Positions 53,626-56,748 of a DNA stretch of 56,748 bases are shown here, one piece after another. The position numbers and the translations under genes are program-made. This stretch comes from an uncultured Alphaproteobacteria bacterium. GTDB taxonomy: Bacteria; Pseudomonadota; Alphaproteobacteria; HIMB59; GCA-002718135. The notes beneath the pieces were generated by a model. It made no database searches. It worked only from the letters and a program-made list of their open reading frames with translations, and was not told the origin of the DNA. Each line of letters starts with the position of its first letter. The stretch's first letter is position 1. The stretch is from assembly GCA_902602135.1 (NCBI GenBank), contig CACKQA010000001.1:1-56748 (forward strand), in the 5' to 3' direction.

Positions 53626-54639
53626 ATGATTAATTTTATACAATTTACTCTCACAAGAGCAGGACTTGCAGTTATAACTTTGCTTCTTGTATGCTTTATT
53701 GTTTTTTCGTTAATGGAATTAGTTCCTGGAACTTGTGCTGAAAGATATCTTGCATTTAAAAATACACAAGGATCACAAATAACTTATGAAGATATAGAAA
53801 AAGAAAAAATTCGTTTAGGTTTGGATAAACCTTTTTTATATAGATATGGCAAATGGGTTTCTAATATAGTTTTTAATGGAGATTTTGGTGACAGTTGTAT
53901 TTTAAGAATGAATATTAATGAATTATTAAGTGGAAGATTTACTTTATCTTTAACAATATGTTTGGTTGCACTAATATTTTCATATTTAATAGCCATACCA
54001 GTTGGGATTATATCGGCCACGACAAAATATGCTTCTTTAGATAACACCCTTAAATTTATTAGTTATCTTGGAATAGCTCTCCCCAACTTTTTAGTAGCAC
54101 TCTGTATTATGCTTTTTATGACTGTTTATTATGGAGACACAATGACGGGTCTCTTCTCTCAAGAATATGAAAACGAACCTTGGTCATCGGCAAAGCTATT
54201 TGATTTCCTAAGCAGAGCTTGGCTTCCAATTTTTGTTTTAGGCTGGAACGCTACCGCTTTTGCTCTTCAGACAGTTAGAGCGCTGATGCTAGATGAAAAT
54301 GATAAATTATATGTAATGGCAGCAAGAGCTAGAGGAATATCAGGGATGAGTTTGTTGTGGAGATATCCTGCAAAACATTCTTTAGGACCAGTTATTAATT
54401 CTATAGGTTTTGACCTTAATCGAATATTTAGTGCATTACCAATTGTAGCATTAATTTTAATTCTTACGGAAGCTGGTGCACTATTGATTGAAGCTTTAGC
54501 AAGATCAAATGATCAGCAATTAGCAGGCGCAATTATTTTTCTTTTAACAGCAACAATTGTTTTTGTTAATTTTATAACGGATATTATTTTAGCTATAATT
54601 GATCCAAGAATAAGAAAAGGAGTTATGGGTGGAGGTTAG
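53626..54639 (+). CDS. ABC transporter permease (DppB/OppB-like)
   Basis: 337 aa polytopic protein with the family-typical N-terminal TM and C-terminal DPRIR motif. Confidence 0.85.
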   Translation: MINFIQFTLTRAGLAVITLLLVCFIVFSLMELVPGTCAERYLAFKNTQGSQITYEDIEKEKIRLGLDKPFLYRYGKWVSNIVFNGDFGDSCILRMNINELLSGRFTLSLTICLVALIFSYLIAIPVGIISATTKYASLDNTLKFISYLGIALPNFLVALCIMLFMTVYYGDTMTGLFSQEYENEPWSSAKLFDFLSRAWLPIFVLGWNATAFALQTVRALMLDENDKLYVMAARARGISGMSLLWRYPAKHSLGPVINSIGFDLNRIFSALPIVALILILTEAGALLIEALARSNDQQLAGAIIFLLTATIVFVNFITDIILAIIDPRIRKGVMGGG

Positions 54640-55789
54640 TAATCAAAAAAAAGAAGCTTATTATACTGCAACGCAGATGCAGTTAGTAAGAACACGCTTT
54701 TTTGGAAATAGATCAGCTATGATTGCTGGCTCTATTTTATTGTTTATGATTATTTGTAGTCTCTTTGCAGATTTTCTATCTCCTTACGATCCAACAATTA
54801 AGGGAAGAGACAAAGATTATGAAAATGGAGCACCTCAAATTCCAATGTTTTGGGATGATAATGGATTTTCAGCTAGGCCATTTCTACACACATTAGAAAA
54901 GTATAGAGGAGCAGATACAAATTTCAGATGGGTTTATAAAGTTGATACTGAAAAAAGAAGATACGTTTATTTTTTTGTTGAAGGATGGGAATATAAAGTT
55001 TTTGATTTTAATATAAATCTTCCAGGAAAAATTTTAGATTTTAAAATTCCAGGTTTTACATTTAATACTCATTTATTTGGCGTTGAAGAGGGTGGAATTC
55101 ATATATTTGGAACAGATAAGGCTGGAAAAGATTTATTTAGCAGAACCTTAAGTGCAATTTACATTTCGCTAGCTGTAGGTACACTTGGAGTTTTTATATC
55201 TTTTGTACTATCGCTAATTATAGGTGGAATATCAGGTTACTATGGCGGATGGATTGATAGTGTATTGCAGATGTTTACTGATGCAATTCGAACGGTACCA
55301 CCAATACCTTTATTTATGTGTCTTGCTGCATTTGCGCCATTAGAATGGAGTTCTGAATTACGTTTCTTTTTTATATCATGTTTACTTGGATTAATTTCGT
55401 GGCCAACACTTGCAAGAAGAGTAAGAACTCATCTACTTAGTGAAAGAAGCCAAGAATATATTCTTGCTGCAAAACTTTGTGGTGCGTCATCCACTCATAT
55501 TATTGTAAGACATTTATTACCAAGTTTTACGAGTTACATTATTGTCGATTTAGTAATTAGTTTTCCATACATGTTATTATCTGAAACTGCTTTAAGTTTT
55601 ATAGGATTAGGCTTAAGAGAACCAGTAAACTCACTTGGTGTTCTTTTGCAAAATGCAACTAAGGCTGATGTACTTTTAAATTATCAATGGTATTTTATCC
55701 CTGTATTTTTCTTAGTCGTATTAATTTTAACATTTGTTTATGTAGGAGATGGATTACGTGATGCAGCAGATCCTCACAAGGTAAAGTAA
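54629..55789 (+). CDS. ABC transporter permease (DppC/OppC-like) with an enlarged periplasmic loop
   Basis: 386 aa with a C-terminal GDGLRDAADP motif. It overlaps the upstream gene by 11 nt. Confidence 0.85.
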   Translation: MEVSNQKKEAYYTATQMQLVRTRFFGNRSAMIAGSILLFMIICSLFADFLSPYDPTIKGRDKDYENGAPQIPMFWDDNGFSARPFLHTLEKYRGADTNFRWVYKVDTEKRRYVYFFVEGWEYKVFDFNINLPGKILDFKIPGFTFNTHLFGVEEGGIHIFGTDKAGKDLFSRTLSAIYISLAVGTLGVFISFVLSLIIGGISGYYGGWIDSVLQMFTDAIRTVPPIPLFMCLAAFAPLEWSSELRFFFISCLLGLISWPTLARRVRTHLLSERSQEYILAAKLCGASSTHIIVRHLLPSFTSYIIVDLVISFPYMLLSETALSFIGLGLREPVNSLGVLLQNATKADVLLNYQWYFIPVFFLVVLILTFVYVGDGLRDAADPHKVK

Positions 55790-55790
55790 T

Positions 55791-56748
55791 ATGAGTCACT
55801 TATTAGAAGTAAAAAACTTAGATGTAAAATTTGATACTGATGAAGGTAGAATAACAGCAGTTGAAAATATTTCTCTTTCTGTAGATCAAGGAGAGGTACT
55901 TGGTATAGTTGGCGAATCTGGATCAGGTAAATCTGTTACAGCTAAATCGATTATGAAGTTAAACCCTGGTAATACCTCTTATAATGAAGACGCAGAAATA
56001 ATTTTAGACAACGAAAACATTCTTCAATTTACTTCTAAGCAAGACTTAAAAAAAATTAGAGGTGGAAAAGTATCAATGATTTTTCAAGAACCTATGGCAA
56101 GCTTTGCTCCAGCAATAAAAATTGGTGCACAAATGGTTGAGCAATTACTAATTCATAAAAATATTAATAAAGATGAAGCAAAATCAATATCTATAAATAT
56201 GCTTAAAAGAGTAGGTATAGCTGATGCAGAAAAACGGTTTAATCAATATGCATTTGAACTATCTGGAGGAATGCGTCAAAGAGCTATGATAGCTATGGCA
56301 TTATCAACTATGCCTAAACTTTTATTAGCAGATGAGCCAACAACTGCTTTAGATGTAACAATTCAAGCTCAAGTAATTAACTTAATTAAAGATATTATTA
56401 AAGAATATCAAATGGGCGTAATATTTATTACTCATGATCTAGGTGTTATTGCTCAGGTCGCTGATCATGTAGCGGTTATGTATTTGGGAAGTGTAGTGGA
56501 GAAAGGTCCAGTAAATGAGATTCTTAAAAATCCCAAACATCCTTATACAAAAGGTTTATTGCAAGCCTTGCCTGATATAAATAACTTAGATGCACCATTA
56601 TCCCCAATACCTGGAAACATTCCAAGTCCATTAGATAGACCTACAGGCTGTGTGTTTAGAACTAGATGCCCTCGTCACAATCCAGAGGGTAAAGATGGTA
56701 AAATTGAAATGAAATTAATTGAAGTTGAACCAGGTCACTGGGTTGATC
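55791..56748 (+). CDS. ABC transporter ATP-binding protein (DppD/OppD-like), truncated by the window end
   Basis: Walker A GESGSGKS, signature LSGGMRQR and Walker B LLLADEPTTALD, with the oligopeptide-type C-terminal extension beginning (HPYTKGLL). Confidence 0.9.
   Translation, partial: MSHLLEVKNLDVKFDTDEGRITAVENISLSVDQGEVLGIVGESGSGKSVTAKSIMKLNPGNTSYNEDAEIILDNENILQFTSKQDLKKIRGGKVSMIFQEPMASFAPAIKIGAQMVEQLLIHKNINKDEAKSISINMLKRVGIADAEKRFNQYAFELSGGMRQRAMIAMALSTMPKLLLADEPTTALDVTIQAQVINLIKDIIKEYQMGVIFITHDLGVIAQVADHVAVMYLGSVVEKGPVNEILKNPKHPYTKGLLQALPDINNLDAPLSPIPGNIPSPLDRPTGCVFRTRCPRHNPEGKDGKIEMKLIEVEPGHWVD

Noticed and set aside
1-56748. I searched for CRISPR arrays, IS elements, integrases, prophage genes, toxin-antitoxin or other defence-type genes, and rRNA, tRNA or riboswitch-like structured RNAs.
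   Set aside because: I found no direct-repeat/spacer arrays and no transposase or integrase motifs. No spacer is long enough or G/C-structured enough for a tRNA or a known riboswitch. The intergenic regions are mostly under 130 nt and AT-rich. Absence of small structured RNAs cannot be proven without covariance-model searches such as Infernal/Rfam and tRNAscan-SE.

Overview
The window is AT-rich (about 20-38% G+C in stretches I counted by hand). It is extremely compact: many start/stop overlaps, and convergent genes end 0-5 nt apart. I found no rRNA or tRNA genes, no CRISPR array, and no transposase or integrase. This style and gene content fit a streamlined marine alphaproteobacterium of the Pelagibacterales (SAR11) type, which is an inference only. 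I support about 63 CDS in four blocks. (1) 1-7.4 kb is a zinc-economy locus. It holds a znuC-znuB-zur operon divergent from znuA across a near-perfect palindromic Zur-box. The znuA gene carries a roughly 200-residue His/Asp-rich insertion. Next comes a tightly packed COG0523 GTPase / WD40 / small Cys-His protein / DUF1636-like operon. After it lies an unannotated 27-codon ORF on the minus strand that is one-third cysteine (metallothionein-like), followed by pirin. (2) 7.4-25.6 kb is core housekeeping: trmL, petABC (cytochrome bc1), ychF-pth-rplY(ctc)-prs, pgeF, lgt, ubiK, proC, csaA, a MarR/OmpR/histidine-kinase triad, ilvE, moaED, pgsA and uvrC. (3) 25.7-51.3 kb is an accessory-looking organosulfur and unknown-substrate catabolic region. 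It contains xsc, a GMC flavoprotein, cysQ, a small kinase plus NadM-like nucleotidyltransferase pair, and a HisD paralog. It also contains three paralogous double NTF2/SnoaL-like proteins, a bicupin and two single-domain MetE-like Zn alkyltransferases. A LacI regulator there has matching palindromes at two divergent promoters. The block continues with a sugar-type ABC importer lacking an ATPase gene, a HAD-fold protein lacking both catalytic Asp, an SDR, a DMT transporter, pta, an aminotransferase-ald pair and a cytoplasmic CxPxR sulfatase. (4) 51.5 kb to the end is a family-5 (peptide/opine-type) ABC importer, truncated at the window edge. The best candidates for something undescribed are the Cys-rich micro-ORF with its zinc-locus neighbours and the LacI-linked SnoaL/cupin/MetE/HisD-like gene set. 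All functional calls come from motifs I recognise by eye, and no database search was possible.
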